Shown: piece after piece, positions 7,280 to 17,413 of the stretch | Layout of the letters: the number at the start of each line of letters is the position of its first letter | How positions within the stretch are numbered: the first letter of the stretch is position 1 | Assembly: GCA_965204375.1 (NCBI GenBank) | Contig: OZ241986.1 | Span: 3,232,001 to 3,296,000, forward strand | Reading direction: 5' to 3' | Length of the DNA: 64,000 nucleotides | Source of the DNA: Candidatus Latescibacterota bacterium | GTDB lineage: Bacteria; Latescibacterota; UBA2968 | Program-made: the position numbers and the translations under genes | The notes under the pieces: generated by a model | What the model saw: only the letters and a program-made list of their open reading frames with translations | What the model was told of the DNA's origin: nothing | Database searches by the model: none

Positions 7280-9868
7280 CTAAATTTGCGCGTGTCCATT
7301 TATCTTCAATGCCTGATACAGGCTGTCCTTAAATTTATTCTCATCTTCATTGTTGTAAAACGGCACGCCAATCAAACGGTAGTTTTCGTTCTCAAATGTC
7401 AAGGTTTTGCAGTCAAACTCGGAAGAGATGTCCTGTAAGAAGTTTTCCTTCCAACGGTCATTCTCTTTCAGATGCTTCCCTTTGGGTTCAATAAACATCT
7501 GATAGGTAAGCAGGTTTCCATCTTGTTCTCGCAGAAACAGAACAAAATCTGGCTCAAATGCCTGTCCATCCTCAAAGTTATAAATCTTGAAATGCCTTTC
7601 GTTTCGCAGCAGATATATCTCGTCGTAATCTTCTGTTAGCTTGCCCATCTGGCGGTCGAGCATTCGCACAAATGCCTTTTCCTCACTCGTGCCGTAAACT
7701 GTATTGAAGGCAAACCAGTCTTTGGATGATACGAAATGTACGAATTGTGCATCCTCAGCGGCCTGCGGGTTTTGAGCGTCAAATTTTAACACTTTATCCT
7801 TGAAGACGTTATGCACCCTATCGCTCCTGAAATCTCGCGAGCCTTCGTATTCGGTAATTTGCTGGCGGATTTCGGATTCGATTTGGTGCAAAAGCCCGCA
7901 CACAGCTTCCCGCTGTTCAGCGCGGTTGTATTGCAACGCAGACACCTGGCCTTCAAAAGTGATCTCCAGCCCCCCAAGATAATTTTCAGAACTAATGAAT
8001 TCTCGAATAGATGCTATATTGGGGAAATAGCGTCTGAGGGATGAGAACGTAAAGAATGGATTGCGTGCAATAGCAGATTGAACAATATTCCGTCCAAAGT
8101 CTTTAACCTTCATATCCCGACGGTTTTCATCTTTCACAATTGCGCCCTGATGTTCGCTTGCCAAAACTGTTTGTGTGCCACCGTGACCTGTGGCGATGGT
8201 ATGAACGTAGTTTTGCATTTTCACACCTAAATCATCAAAAGATTGTACCCTCTGATAATTTTTGGGAAGACGGTCATTGAGCCAGACCACACCGTATTTG
8301 TAGAAGTCGGTCTGCTTGAACGGGTCTTTGAGTTTCAGTTTGCGGGTCACTTCGCGCTCATCCATCATGCCTTGCTCGATCAGCGCGGTGCGAAGTTCAG
8401 AGATATATCGGGAATCATGGATACTGTGATAATGCAACTCCTCCAGCACGCGCAGTTCATTTTCAAGGTCATCATCAAATTTTCGACAGAAGCGGTCAGT
8501 GTTCTCGGGTAAAACAAAAGGAAAATAACGCGCTCCACGACCAATGAGTTGCGCTTCGGAAAGGGTTGTTCTCCCAATTCTATTCTTTCCCGAGTCACGC
8601 GCTTCGTAACAGCGGACAATGTCGAACAGATTCAGGACATCCCAACCCTCATTGAGTTTTTGTACAGCAAAGATAGCGCGGATGAGATTGTCTCGGTCTT
8701 CGAGCGTGTTGACCAGTATTTGGTAGTTCTCCTTCTCTTTTTCTGCGTTGACTGAGATGCAGTAGTCTTCCTGAAATGCCCGCTTGAGGCGTTCTGCCAA
8801 CTGCGCGTCACTGATATTGTGATCATCAAAGAATTGAAACGCCCGCAAAACAAGAGGAATATCCGATCTGCGAATGCGAGCTATATGGTCTGCTGTGAGA
8901 CCATCAACGAGTGTGTGAAAGTTGGTCTTGTTCTCTTGCGATTGTGCAATCGTACGCTGTGCTTTGAACAAAATCACGGGTTTGAGATTGATCTGATATT
9001 TCGCAGCCACTTCCTGTTTGTACTGGCTAAGAATCAGAGCTTGTAGGATGCGCTCGTCCAGGTCGAAGTCGGATTGCACAATGACTACATCTTTTGAAAA
9101 ACGGTCGTTGCGGAATTGAAGCAAATCATAGCGGTATAATACCTTGTTGCGGTATTTTTCCACCATCGCAGGCGTCTCGTAATCGTGCGTGGCCGTGAAC
9201 TCCAAGAGGAGATTGTCTTCATTCTGGGAGAAGATGCGCTCAACGGTATTTTCCCAACTCTCGAACATCTCTCGCTGAGATTTGGTCGTAACGTTCATGT
9301 GATGGGCTTCATCGGCAATCAACACAATCCTGTGTTTGCGGAAGTCTTCAAAAGTGATGGCATTTTCTTTTTCAGTAGTCAGATCGGAGTGTAGTTTTTG
9401 GATGGTGGTGAAACAGATATTGATATCGTTGGGATTAACCGACTCGAAGTTCTCTACTGGTGCGATTCGCACGGAGCGGTTGGCGATGTGAATATCCCTG
9501 CTGAACAGGTATTTGATACTGACGGGATTGAGAAAATTGTCCCGCGTCTTTTCGATGATATTGGTGGAATTGACGAAAAAGAGAAAGTTTCTATATCCCT
9601 TTTCATACAAGTAGAGAATCAGCCCCGCCATGATAAGCGTCTTGCCGCTGCCTGTCGCCATGTTGAACAGAAAATGCAGTGGCCGTTCCTTGCCGGGAAA
9701 CTCCTTATCAAGACAGTGAAAGAACCGGGTAAACGCCTCTTCTTGATAGGGGCGGAGTTCAAATTTAGGATTCAGATTGTCTTTGAGGTAGGAGGGGATT
9801 TCTTTTTGGAGAAATCCCATTTGGAAAACAGCATCAAGCTGCTCATATAGAAAATTATCAGCCATCAT
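7280..9868 (-). CDS. res: type III restriction endonuclease Res subunit
   Basis: MATGSGKT, DEAHH, LNEGWD, QLIGRGAR helicase motifs; C-terminal PD...EPK nuclease motif. Confidence 0.92.
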   Translation of the reverse strand: MMADNFLYEQLDAVFQMGFLQKEIPSYLKDNLNPKFELRPYQEEAFTRFFHCLDKEFPGKERPLHFLFNMATGSGKTLIMAGLILYLYEKGYRNFLFFVNSTNIIEKTRDNFLNPVSIKYLFSRDIHIANRSVRIAPVENFESVNPNDINICFTTIQKLHSDLTTEKENAITFEDFRKHRIVLIADEAHHMNVTTKSQREMFESWENTVERIFSQNEDNLLLEFTATHDYETPAMVEKYRNKVLYRYDLLQFRNDRFSKDVVIVQSDFDLDERILQALILSQYKQEVAAKYQINLKPVILFKAQRTIAQSQENKTNFHTLVDGLTADHIARIRRSDIPLVLRAFQFFDDHNISDAQLAERLKRAFQEDYCISVNAEKEKENYQILVNTLEDRDNLIRAIFAVQKLNEGWDVLNLFDIVRCYEARDSGKNRIGRTTLSEAQLIGRGARYFPFVLPENTDRFCRKFDDDLENELRVLEELHYHSIHDSRYISELRTALIEQGMMDEREVTRKLKLKDPFKQTDFYKYGVVWLNDRLPKNYQRVQSFDDLGVKMQNYVHTIATGHGGTQTVLASEHQGAIVKDENRRDMKVKDFGRNIVQSAIARNPFFTFSSLRRYFPNIASIREFISSENYLGGLEITFEGQVSALQYNRAEQREAVCGLLHQIESEIRQQITEYEGSRDFRSDRVHNVFKDKVLKFDAQNPQAAEDAQFVHFVSSKDWFAFNTVYGTSEEKAFVRMLDRQMGKLTEDYDEIYLLRNERHFKIYNFEDGQAFEPDFVLFLREQDGNLLTYQMFIEPKGKHLKENDRWKENFLQDISSEFDCKTLTFENENYRLIGVPFYNNEDENKFKDSLYQALKINGHAQI

Positions 9869-9870
9869 AT

Positions 9871-10131
9871 CTAATCTCTGTACACTTCACGACGATGCTG
9901 GACCCGGTAAACTTCAATCTCCCGCTTTTTTCGGTCAACAACATAGACGACGCGATAATCGCCCACGCGCAGTCTGAACCGGCCTTGATCCGGTCCAGTG
10001 AGTGCCGTCAGTTTGGTAGCCTCAAAGTTCTCGGCTAACCACCGCAGTTTTCCAATTACGCGCTGTGCTGTTGCCCTATCCAAACGTCGTACATCAGATT
10101 GAGCACGATCCGAAAATACCACATCATACAT
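9871..10131 (-). CDS. RelE/StbE-family toxin
   Basis: YDVVFSDRAQSD...FRLRVGDYRVVY...VQHRREVYR; TAATG stop/start overlap with mod. Confidence 0.9.
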   Translation of the reverse strand: MYDVVFSDRAQSDVRRLDRATAQRVIGKLRWLAENFEATKLTALTGPDQGRFRLRVGDYRVVYVVDRKKREIEVYRVQHRREVYRD

Positions 10132-12254
10132 TACCAATTAAGCCCCAATTCTTCGGCGACTTTCTCGGCAGGGGTAGTCTTTCCACCAGCTTTCACATCG
10201 GCGATGGTCTGCTGGAGATCTGCGACAAATTCGTCGCGCAATTCCAACCCCTCGTCGGGATCATGTCCGTAGAACTCCTCGTTTAATTCCTTGTCTCCCG
10301 CGCTTATGCCAAAGTCCTCGTCGTCAATCTCCGAAAAATTCACATACAACTGATTCTTGTCCAGCAGTTCCACCAGCAACTTCTTCTGCTTGCTCACCCC
10401 ATTTTCTCCTTCGCCGATGGCGATAAAATCGTTGACTGCATCTTCCGGGATTTCAGGATTCACATACCAATTCAAAAACGAATTTTCGGCAATATCTCGC
10501 CAGAGTGCTACAAGCTCTTTTGAAGATTGCGCGGCTTGAATTTTATCCATATAGACTTCGTTGTATTGCATCAGTTCACAATAGACAAAGTCGCCACCGC
10601 CCTTCCATGCGACGGATTTAGATATACCGCCAGCGTCATATTCAATTTTTTTGGGTAGTTTGTCCTTCGCCTTAATTTTTTTTCCAACAACTTTTTTTAT
10701 TCGTTCAAGCGTGATAGTTTCCACATAATCCATCTGTTCAATTCCGATATACTGACGTCCCATTTTGTGAGCGACAGAGCAAGTCGTTCCACTTCCCAAA
10801 TGGAAATCTAAAACAATATCTCCTTCTTCAGTTGTGTATTCAATAATGCGTTGAATGAGTAATTCAGGTTTTGGATAAGCAAACACTTTGCCCCCGAATA
10901 ATTCTACAATTTCATCCGTGCCTTTCTTGTTGGTCACACTCTTTAGCAATTCATCCATCACTTGATTGAGAAAGTTTGATGATACGTATGTTTTATCAAA
11001 GTCGGCTCCTTTTTTTTCAATTTCTTCCGACTTAAAAACTCGCATAGCAGGGCGTTTAAGATTGAGAAAATCATAATCGCCGGGAAAAACTATTTTCTTT
11101 CTTTTCAGATATTCATCTACTGAATCTTTAGTAATACCCCAGCAACGATTAGGATTAACGGGAAACTCTTGCTCATTTCTCGGATTGACCAATGTGAAAT
11201 TTGAATTAGGGCGTTCATGAATTGTGCGTTGAGTAGTAAGATCGCTCGTTCTCCATTCATCGTCTGGAAAATCGGGTGTTTTATAATACTTTCTTACAAT
11301 GGTGCGCCCGAAAAGCTCATCTTTCTTCGATGCGCCTTTTGTGTACATCAGCATCCAGTCAAAATCTTGTGATAGTTTATAAGGCACATCGCTTTTTCCA
11401 CTTCGTGTCTTTCTGGGAACAGTTGCGATAAAATTGTCTCTGCCAAATATATCGTCAGCAATGAGTTTCAAATAGTGCATTTCTTGGTCGCCAATGTGAA
11501 TGAAGATAACCCCTTCATTCTTCAACAACTCTCTCGCCACTTCCAGCCGATTCCTCATAAACGTCAGCCAGCTTGAATGTTTGAAATTGTCGTTATATCC
11601 AAAGCCATCACCATTGATGTTATAGGGCGGATCAATGTAAATTAGCGTCACCTTACCCTGGAACTGCTGTTTGAGCGTGTGCAATGCCACCAAATTATTG
11701 CCCTTTATAATCAAGTTTTCACGGATCGTGCCACTTTCATCCCGTTTGAACCCCATCACGTCCTCTTCACCATCCACCGTATAGCGTTTCCACTGGGTCA
11801 ATACCTTTGGATCAAATAGCCGGTCAATCTCGTCCTGTGCCAGAATTTCATTGAAGAAAATCTCTTTGCGCTTTTCCTCTTCCTTGGTCTGCCCGCCCTC
11901 CAGTACACAATCTTTGTACGGCCACACCAGGGACACTTCACCTCGCTCCCGCAGAAATTTATCGTCGATATTCAAACCAATCCTGTTGCGGAATCGGGTG
12001 TATGCATTGGCGAGAAAGTTCTTATCGGAAACATATTCGATAAAGGTGTTGATATTGAAAATCCAGTGGCCTTCGATTTCGTCAAAAAATTTTGCCTTGA
12101 TATCCGCATCACCAAGCAGCAGTCTCACAAGATCAGGATCAATCTTCCAAGCTCGATCTGTCACTGCAGCCTTGACCAACTCGCCCTCTTCATCAATGAA
12201 ACGGGCGTCGGTTTTGAGCAATTCGATCAATTTTTCGTTAAAGTTTTTTGACAT
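10131..12254 (-). CDS. mod: type III Mod adenine methyltransferase with a C-terminal antitoxin-like extension
   Basis: IYIDPPY and DFHLGSGTT motifs; NLIIKGNNL; 44-aa tail after LNEEFYG. Confidence 0.92.
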   Translation of the reverse strand: MSKNFNEKLIELLKTDARFIDEEGELVKAAVTDRAWKIDPDLVRLLLGDADIKAKFFDEIEGHWIFNINTFIEYVSDKNFLANAYTRFRNRIGLNIDDKFLRERGEVSLVWPYKDCVLEGGQTKEEEKRKEIFFNEILAQDEIDRLFDPKVLTQWKRYTVDGEEDVMGFKRDESGTIRENLIIKGNNLVALHTLKQQFQGKVTLIYIDPPYNINGDGFGYNDNFKHSSWLTFMRNRLEVARELLKNEGVIFIHIGDQEMHYLKLIADDIFGRDNFIATVPRKTRSGKSDVPYKLSQDFDWMLMYTKGASKKDELFGRTIVRKYYKTPDFPDDEWRTSDLTTQRTIHERPNSNFTLVNPRNEQEFPVNPNRCWGITKDSVDEYLKRKKIVFPGDYDFLNLKRPAMRVFKSEEIEKKGADFDKTYVSSNFLNQVMDELLKSVTNKKGTDEIVELFGGKVFAYPKPELLIQRIIEYTTEEGDIVLDFHLGSGTTCSVAHKMGRQYIGIEQMDYVETITLERIKKVVGKKIKAKDKLPKKIEYDAGGISKSVAWKGGGDFVYCELMQYNEVYMDKIQAAQSSKELVALWRDIAENSFLNWYVNPEIPEDAVNDFIAIGEGENGVSKQKKLLVELLDKNQLYVNFSEIDDEDFGISAGDKELNEEFYGHDPDEGLELRDEFVADLQQTIADVKAGGKTTPAEKVAEELGLNW

Positions 12255-13125
12255 GTTGTGGTCCTTTAACGTTTATTTTTTTGGTGTTATCGGCCGTTTG
12301 TAGCTTTGAAACCAAATCATTTACAGCCGCTTGCACTACTGACCAGGATATTTGATACGTATCGGCATCTGGATATATACCTGTAGTCATCTGCTCATAT
12401 GGATGAATAAGATTTCTAAAATCTCTCAATGCATGTGAAAACTTTTGAACATCCGTATTGATCCAACCAATTTGATGCGCCACATCTATCATTTCGGCAA
12501 GTTTCCAATCGGAAAATTTTTTTATCTTGTTCGTTTTTGGATCTTTAGGAGCACTCGCGCATTTATTGGCTTCTGCTGGATTCTGTTGAAAAATTCCGAA
12601 CAGCAATCCTTCCAATATGCTACCCATGATAATTATTGCCGATAAATATGTTCCAGCTTTACCACAATTTTGCGCTTCATCCCATCTGTTTTTTAGTATC
12701 TTTCCGACCTCGGGTCTTAATCCAATTGACAAAAAATCTGGAGGTGGAAACAGCTTCATCTCTTTTGTAACCTCACCATCATCTGAAAAATCTACAGCGA
12801 TTTTTTTAAATTTTGGTTCATTGCCATCAAGTATTATTTTGAATCCTTCAAAATAAAATATGTTATTTAGCTGCTTAAGCGCAGTTCTAATTTGCTCCTG
12901 ATTACCGCCGTACTCAAATGGTGAGGCCAGCCTTTTAAGTACAAGTGCAAGTTGTTCTCTGTTACACGCTTTTAGTGTTTCTAAAACCCATAACCGACGG
13001 GTTGAGCCATCATGAACAAATTGAGGTAATCCCACTCTTTGAAAGAATTTAGTTAGTTCGTGGCCAGATCGATAAGGATAACCACAAATAAACTCGGCAA
13101 TTTCATTGAAAGTACTTTCATCCAT
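12238..13125 (-). CDS. putative HEPN-domain protein with an AbiJ-like N-terminal domain
   Basis: N-terminal YRSGHELTKFF...HDGSTRRLW; C-terminal GSILEGLL and RDFRNLIHP (R...H); overlaps the mod start. Confidence 0.6.
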   Translation of the reverse strand: MDESTFNEIAEFICGYPYRSGHELTKFFQRVGLPQFVHDGSTRRLWVLETLKACNREQLALVLKRLASPFEYGGNQEQIRTALKQLNNIFYFEGFKIILDGNEPKFKKIAVDFSDDGEVTKEMKLFPPPDFLSIGLRPEVGKILKNRWDEAQNCGKAGTYLSAIIIMGSILEGLLFGIFQQNPAEANKCASAPKDPKTNKIKKFSDWKLAEMIDVAHQIGWINTDVQKFSHALRDFRNLIHPYEQMTTGIYPDADTYQISWSVVQAAVNDLVSKLQTADNTKKINVKGPQHVKKL

Positions 13126-13166
13126 TTCAAACTTCCTCAGACACTACAAAACTTTATAGCTGTATT

Positions 13167-14618
13167 CTATCCCAGTTTCTCCCGCAATAACTGACTGGCT
13201 TTTTGGGGATTCGCCTGGCCTTTTGTAGCTCTCATAAGCTGGCCCATAAAGAACCCCATAAGCTTCTGGTCGCCGCCTTTGAACCGCTCAACCTCGTCGG
13301 GATTATCCGCTATAATCTGATCGATCACGCCATCGAGTTCACCCGCATCGCTAATCTGCACAAGCCCCTTCTTCTCCACAATAGACGATGCACTCTCCCC
13401 TGTCTCCACCATATCGTCAAAAACCGTTCGCGCGATATTGGTACTGATATCGCCCTTATCGATCAAACCAATCAATTCTGCGAGAGATTCAGCCGAGACA
13501 CGCAAATCGCCAATCGCGATCTTCCGATCATTGAGAACGCGCATCACATCGCCCTGTATCCAATTGGCCGCGAGCCTGCTCTGCACACCCGCCGCAACCG
13601 TAGCTTCAAAATAATCCGCAACATCTCGACCTGCAGTAAGCACCTCAATCTGATCGACAGACATATCGTAATCTTCTGCAAACCGCGCGCGTTTGGCCTC
13701 TGGCAACTCTGGAATCTGGTTCTGAACGCGCTCGACCCAGGCATGATCTACGACAAGTGGAACCAGATCCGGATCGGGGAAATAGCGATAATCGTCCGAC
13801 TCCTCTTTTGTACGCATAGCGCGCAAAATATTGCGATCGGGATCGTAGAGCATCGTCGCCTGCTCAATTTCACCGCCGGTCTCAACCAAACCAATCTGCC
13901 GCTGAATCTCGGACTCAATAGCGCGCTGGCAATTGCGAAAAGAATTGACATTTTTGATCTCAACCTTTGTGCCGAGTTGGGTTTCTCCAACGGGCCGAAT
14001 CGACACATTGGCATCAATCCGCATATGTCCTTTCTCCATATCGCCTTCAGAAACACCCGTGTACACCAGCAATTGATGCAAACTCGTCAGATAGTGAAAA
14101 ACTTCCTCCGGCGTCGAAAGATCCGGCTCACTCACAATCTCGATAAGCGGCACCCCACAGCGATTGACATCCACGAGAGACTCCCCTGCAGCCACAAAAG
14201 CTTCCTGATGGATGCTCTTGCCAGCATCTTCTTCCATATGGATACGCGTAAGACGAATAGTCTTTGTACCGCCGTCCTCCGTGGGCACCTCAACACCCCC
14301 GCCAGTAGCCAGAGGCATTTCTTCATTCGATTGAAACTGCGAAATCTGATACCCCTTGGGCAGATCGGGATAAAAATAATTCTTCCGCAAAAAACGGCTG
14401 CGCGGTTGAATCGTACAACCTGCGGCCAGCGCAATACGCATCGCCAGTTCAACGACATTCTGATTCAGCACGGGAAGCGCACCCGGCAAGCCCAAACACA
14501 CCGGACAAACATGGGTATTGGGATCGGCGCCAAACTCGGCACTACATCCGCAAAAAATTTTGGTCGTAGTCGCAAGTTGGGCGTGTACTTCCAGACCGAT
14601 GACAGATTCGTAAGTCAT
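13167..14618 (-). CDS. gatB: Asp/Glu-tRNA amidotransferase subunit B
   Basis: [35 protein letters not shown]. Confidence 0.98.
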   Translation of the reverse strand: MTYESVIGLEVHAQLATTTKIFCGCSAEFGADPNTHVCPVCLGLPGALPVLNQNVVELAMRIALAAGCTIQPRSRFLRKNYFYPDLPKGYQISQFQSNEEMPLATGGGVEVPTEDGGTKTIRLTRIHMEEDAGKSIHQEAFVAAGESLVDVNRCGVPLIEIVSEPDLSTPEEVFHYLTSLHQLLVYTGVSEGDMEKGHMRIDANVSIRPVGETQLGTKVEIKNVNSFRNCQRAIESEIQRQIGLVETGGEIEQATMLYDPDRNILRAMRTKEESDDYRYFPDPDLVPLVVDHAWVERVQNQIPELPEAKRARFAEDYDMSVDQIEVLTAGRDVADYFEATVAAGVQSRLAANWIQGDVMRVLNDRKIAIGDLRVSAESLAELIGLIDKGDISTNIARTVFDDMVETGESASSIVEKKGLVQISDAGELDGVIDQIIADNPDEVERFKGGDQKLMGFFMGQLMRATKGQANPQKASQLLREKLG

Positions 14619-16072
14619 AACGCCAATTCTCTTTCCACAACCGCAGACGCGCTCAAAATGGTCTCTTCGGCAAAAGTATTGCCGAGCAATTGCAAGCCCA
14701 CGGGCAAGCCTTCAGTCGATGTACCACAAGGCACCGAAATACCGGGAATACCCGCGAGATTCACAGAAACAGTATAAATATCGGAAAGATACATCTGAAG
14801 CGGATCGTCGAGTTTTTCACCCAGCTTGAATGCCGGAGTAGGCGATACGGGCGAAGCGAGAAGATCGCAGGATTCAAACGCGCGGTCAAAATCTCGACGA
14901 ATAAGCGTCCGCACCTGTTGCGCCTTGCGATAATACGCATCGTAATACCCCGCACTCAGCGCGTAAGTACCCAGCATAATGCGACGCTTGACCTCTGCGC
15001 CAAAACCCTTGCTACGCGTTTGAACATACATATCAATCAGGTTTTCTGCCTCATCGCGGAAGCCGTATTTCACCCCATCGTAACGCGACAAATTTGACGA
15101 CGCCTCAGCCGTAGCGATAATATAATAAGCGGCAATAGCAAAAGCGGGATGGCCGGCAGTTGGCAGCGAAACTTCGCGAATAGACGCGCCATTTTTTTTC
15201 AGAATGTCAACCCCTTGCATGACGGCATTGCGAACATCGGATTGCAGACCCTCGCCGAAAAACTCTGTCGGCAAGCCAATGGTGAGACCATCAACGCCTC
15301 TTTGACAAGCCAAAAGGTAATCGGGCACCGGTACATGGGCAGAGGTAGAATCGCGGGAATCGTGCCCGGCAATAACGCCGAACAGGGTGGCCGCATCTTC
15401 GACAGTACGCGCAAATGGGCCAATCTGGTCGAGAGAAGAAGCATAAGCGATCAGGCCATAACGAGAAACGCGACCGTAAGTGGGTTTAAGCCCCACCACA
15501 CCGCAGAAAGATGCGGGCAAACGAACAGACCCCCCTGTGTCAGACCCCAGAGTCATAAGAGCCTGACCGGCAGCAACAGCAGCTGCAGAGCCACCGCTGG
15601 ACCCACCTGTTACACGGGTTTGATCACGCGGATTTTTGACCGAACCAAAATGGGAATTTTCGCTGGAAGAGCCCATGGCAAACTCATCCATATTGAGTTT
15701 GCCCAGGATGATTGCATCGGCCTGACGCAGACGGGTAACAACGGTTGCATCATAAGGTGGGATAAAATTATCGAGAATTTTTGAAGCACAGGTCGTGCGC
15801 AGCCCTTTGGTACACAACACATCTTTCAGGGCAATCGGGATGCCTGCAAGAGGGCCAAGGACCTGCCCCTCTGCGGCCTTTTGATCGACAGCATCTGCAG
15901 CTTTGAGCGCGCCTTCTTCATCAACGGTAATGAAGGCATTGATATCGGGGTTTGTATTTTGGATGTGCGCGAGGATCTCTTCCGTTATTTCGCGGGCTGT
16001 GTGCGTACCCCTGCGAATGCCCTGTACAAGCTCCCGCGCTGTTTGGACGGAAAAAACAGAGTCGTCAGACAC
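14615..16072 (-). CDS. gatA: Asp/Glu-tRNA amidotransferase subunit A
   Basis: Amidase signature [25 protein letters not shown]. Confidence 0.97.
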   Translation of the reverse strand: MSDDSVFSVQTARELVQGIRRGTHTAREITEEILAHIQNTNPDINAFITVDEEGALKAADAVDQKAAEGQVLGPLAGIPIALKDVLCTKGLRTTCASKILDNFIPPYDATVVTRLRQADAIILGKLNMDEFAMGSSSENSHFGSVKNPRDQTRVTGGSSGGSAAAVAAGQALMTLGSDTGGSVRLPASFCGVVGLKPTYGRVSRYGLIAYASSLDQIGPFARTVEDAATLFGVIAGHDSRDSTSAHVPVPDYLLACQRGVDGLTIGLPTEFFGEGLQSDVRNAVMQGVDILKKNGASIREVSLPTAGHPAFAIAAYYIIATAEASSNLSRYDGVKYGFRDEAENLIDMYVQTRSKGFGAEVKRRIMLGTYALSAGYYDAYYRKAQQVRTLIRRDFDRAFESCDLLASPVSPTPAFKLGEKLDDPLQMYLSDIYTVSVNLAGIPGISVPCGTSTEGLPVGLQLLGNTFAEETILSASAVVERELAL

Positions 16073-16084
16073 CCTGCCTCCAGA

Positions 16085-16339
16085 TTACGATTTTGTTTCT
16101 GTACCCGACGTGGTCTGTGTAGTCTGTGTGGTCTGCGCGGTCTGCGCGGGTTGCTGTTCAGGGGGCGGATCAATATTGACGTTAGTTTCTATTTCGGTCT
16201 GAACGTCCTTCACGCCGCGCTTAAATTCGGTAATGCCCTTGCCCAGTGACTGGGCAATTTCGGGAATGCGTTTTGCACCAAACACCAGCAAAACAACGAC
16301 CAAAATCATCACGATTTCCCATGGTCCCATGCCAAACAT
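16085..16339 (-). CDS. tatA: twin-arginine translocase TatA/E
   Basis: MGPWEIV...LVFGAKRIPEIAQSLGKGITEFK; GGAGG RBS. Confidence 0.93.
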   Translation of the reverse strand: MFGMGPWEIVMILVVVLLVFGAKRIPEIAQSLGKGITEFKRGVKDVQTEIETNVNIDPPPEQQPAQTAQTTQTTQTTSGTETKS

Positions 16340-16359
16340 ATCGCACCTCCAGAAATAAC

Positions 16360-16638
16360 TCAATAGGAATACTTGACGTAATACCAGGCTATTCCTATAC
16401 CGAGAAAGCTCAACACATTGAAGTTGAGCGAAAAACCAAATGTAAGGGTCATAACGATCAAGTTGATCTCAATGGGATTGAGCCTATAGACATAAGATTC
16501 AATAAGCACTTTTTCTACCACATTATTTTCCAGACCGAGACCGTCAAAAATAACAGCGAGGATCTGACCAACCACGTTACCGGCAAGAATGCCGATAACA
16601 ATCGCAACAATGAGAATTCCCAGACTTCTTCGCCCCAT
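16360..16638 (-). CDS. small membrane protein (DUF4321-like)
   Basis: Two hydrophobic segments; INLIVMTLTFGFSLNFN pattern. Confidence 0.65.
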   Translation of the reverse strand: MGRRSLGILIVAIVIGILAGNVVGQILAVIFDGLGLENNVVEKVLIESYVYRLNPIEINLIVMTLTFGFSLNFNVLSFLGIGIAWYYVKYSY

Positions 16639-16666
16639 AACCACGCTTTTTTAGAAAGGTGAATTT

Positions 16667-17398
16667 TTAGTCCCGTACATCTGCCACTTCGCGGTCTGTG
16701 ATAGCGTAATACAACCATCTGAACAGGCCAGATAAGGAAATGGCGAGTGCCATGGGAAAGAATACTTCATAAGTATAAAAAAACATAAGCACAATAACAC
16801 ATAGTAGAAAAATCAAGCGAACGCGATCGCGTCTGGTTTCAATAGATAACCTCGAAAATACACTGTATTCGATTGTACTGATCATGAGTAATGAGAGCAC
16901 AACGCACAGGGCAATGGCAATATGAGGCGCGTGGGTACTACTCTGCCACACCCGTTCTGTAAAAAGAATATATGCGGCCAGAGTACCCGCTGCCGTTGGA
17001 ATCGGGAGGCCGGAGAAATTCTCTTTATCAAATCCCTTTAATTGTGCGTTGAAACGCGCCAGCCTCAGCGCACCACACAGGAGAAACAAAAAACAAACGA
17101 CAAAAGGCAACCAGCGAATGACCAGCAAGGTATCGAGATAGTACAACATGAGCAGAGCCGGGGCCACGCCAAAAGAGCAGACATCGACAATGGAATCAAA
17201 TTGGACGCCAAAGTTGCTGGACGTATGGAAGTATCGCGCAATTTTTCCGTCGCACGCATCGAGAAGTCCCGCAATAACGATGAGAAGTGCTGCACCGATA
17301 AAACGCCCATTCACAGCGTAGTACATAGATAAAAAGCCACAAAACAAACTGCTAATGGTAAACAGGCTGGGCAGAGCTGCTTTGGCATTCATCGACAT
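16667..17398 (-). CDS. pssA: CDP-diacylglycerol--serine O-phosphatidyltransferase
   Basis: DACDGKIAR...FGVQFDSIVD, LRLARFN, FSGLPIP. Confidence 0.9.
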   Translation of the reverse strand: MSMNAKAALPSLFTISSLFCGFLSMYYAVNGRFIGAALLIVIAGLLDACDGKIARYFHTSSNFGVQFDSIVDVCSFGVAPALLMLYYLDTLLVIRWLPFVVCFLFLLCGALRLARFNAQLKGFDKENFSGLPIPTAAGTLAAYILFTERVWQSSTHAPHIAIALCVVLSLLMISTIEYSVFSRLSIETRRDRVRLIFLLCVIVLMFFYTYEVFFPMALAISLSGLFRWLYYAITDREVADVRD

Positions 17399-17413
17399 GG
17401 CTCCAATCGGGAA

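Noticed and set aside
13203-14777. Long antisense ORFs (13203-14777, 33572-34621, 44322-45263, 52978-54051, 60416-61477, 61592-62731)
   Set aside because: Shadow frames opposite well-supported genes, with no recognisable motifs.
16108-16150. 9-bp tandem repeat in tatA
   Set aside because: Explained by the low-complexity QTT tail of TatA.
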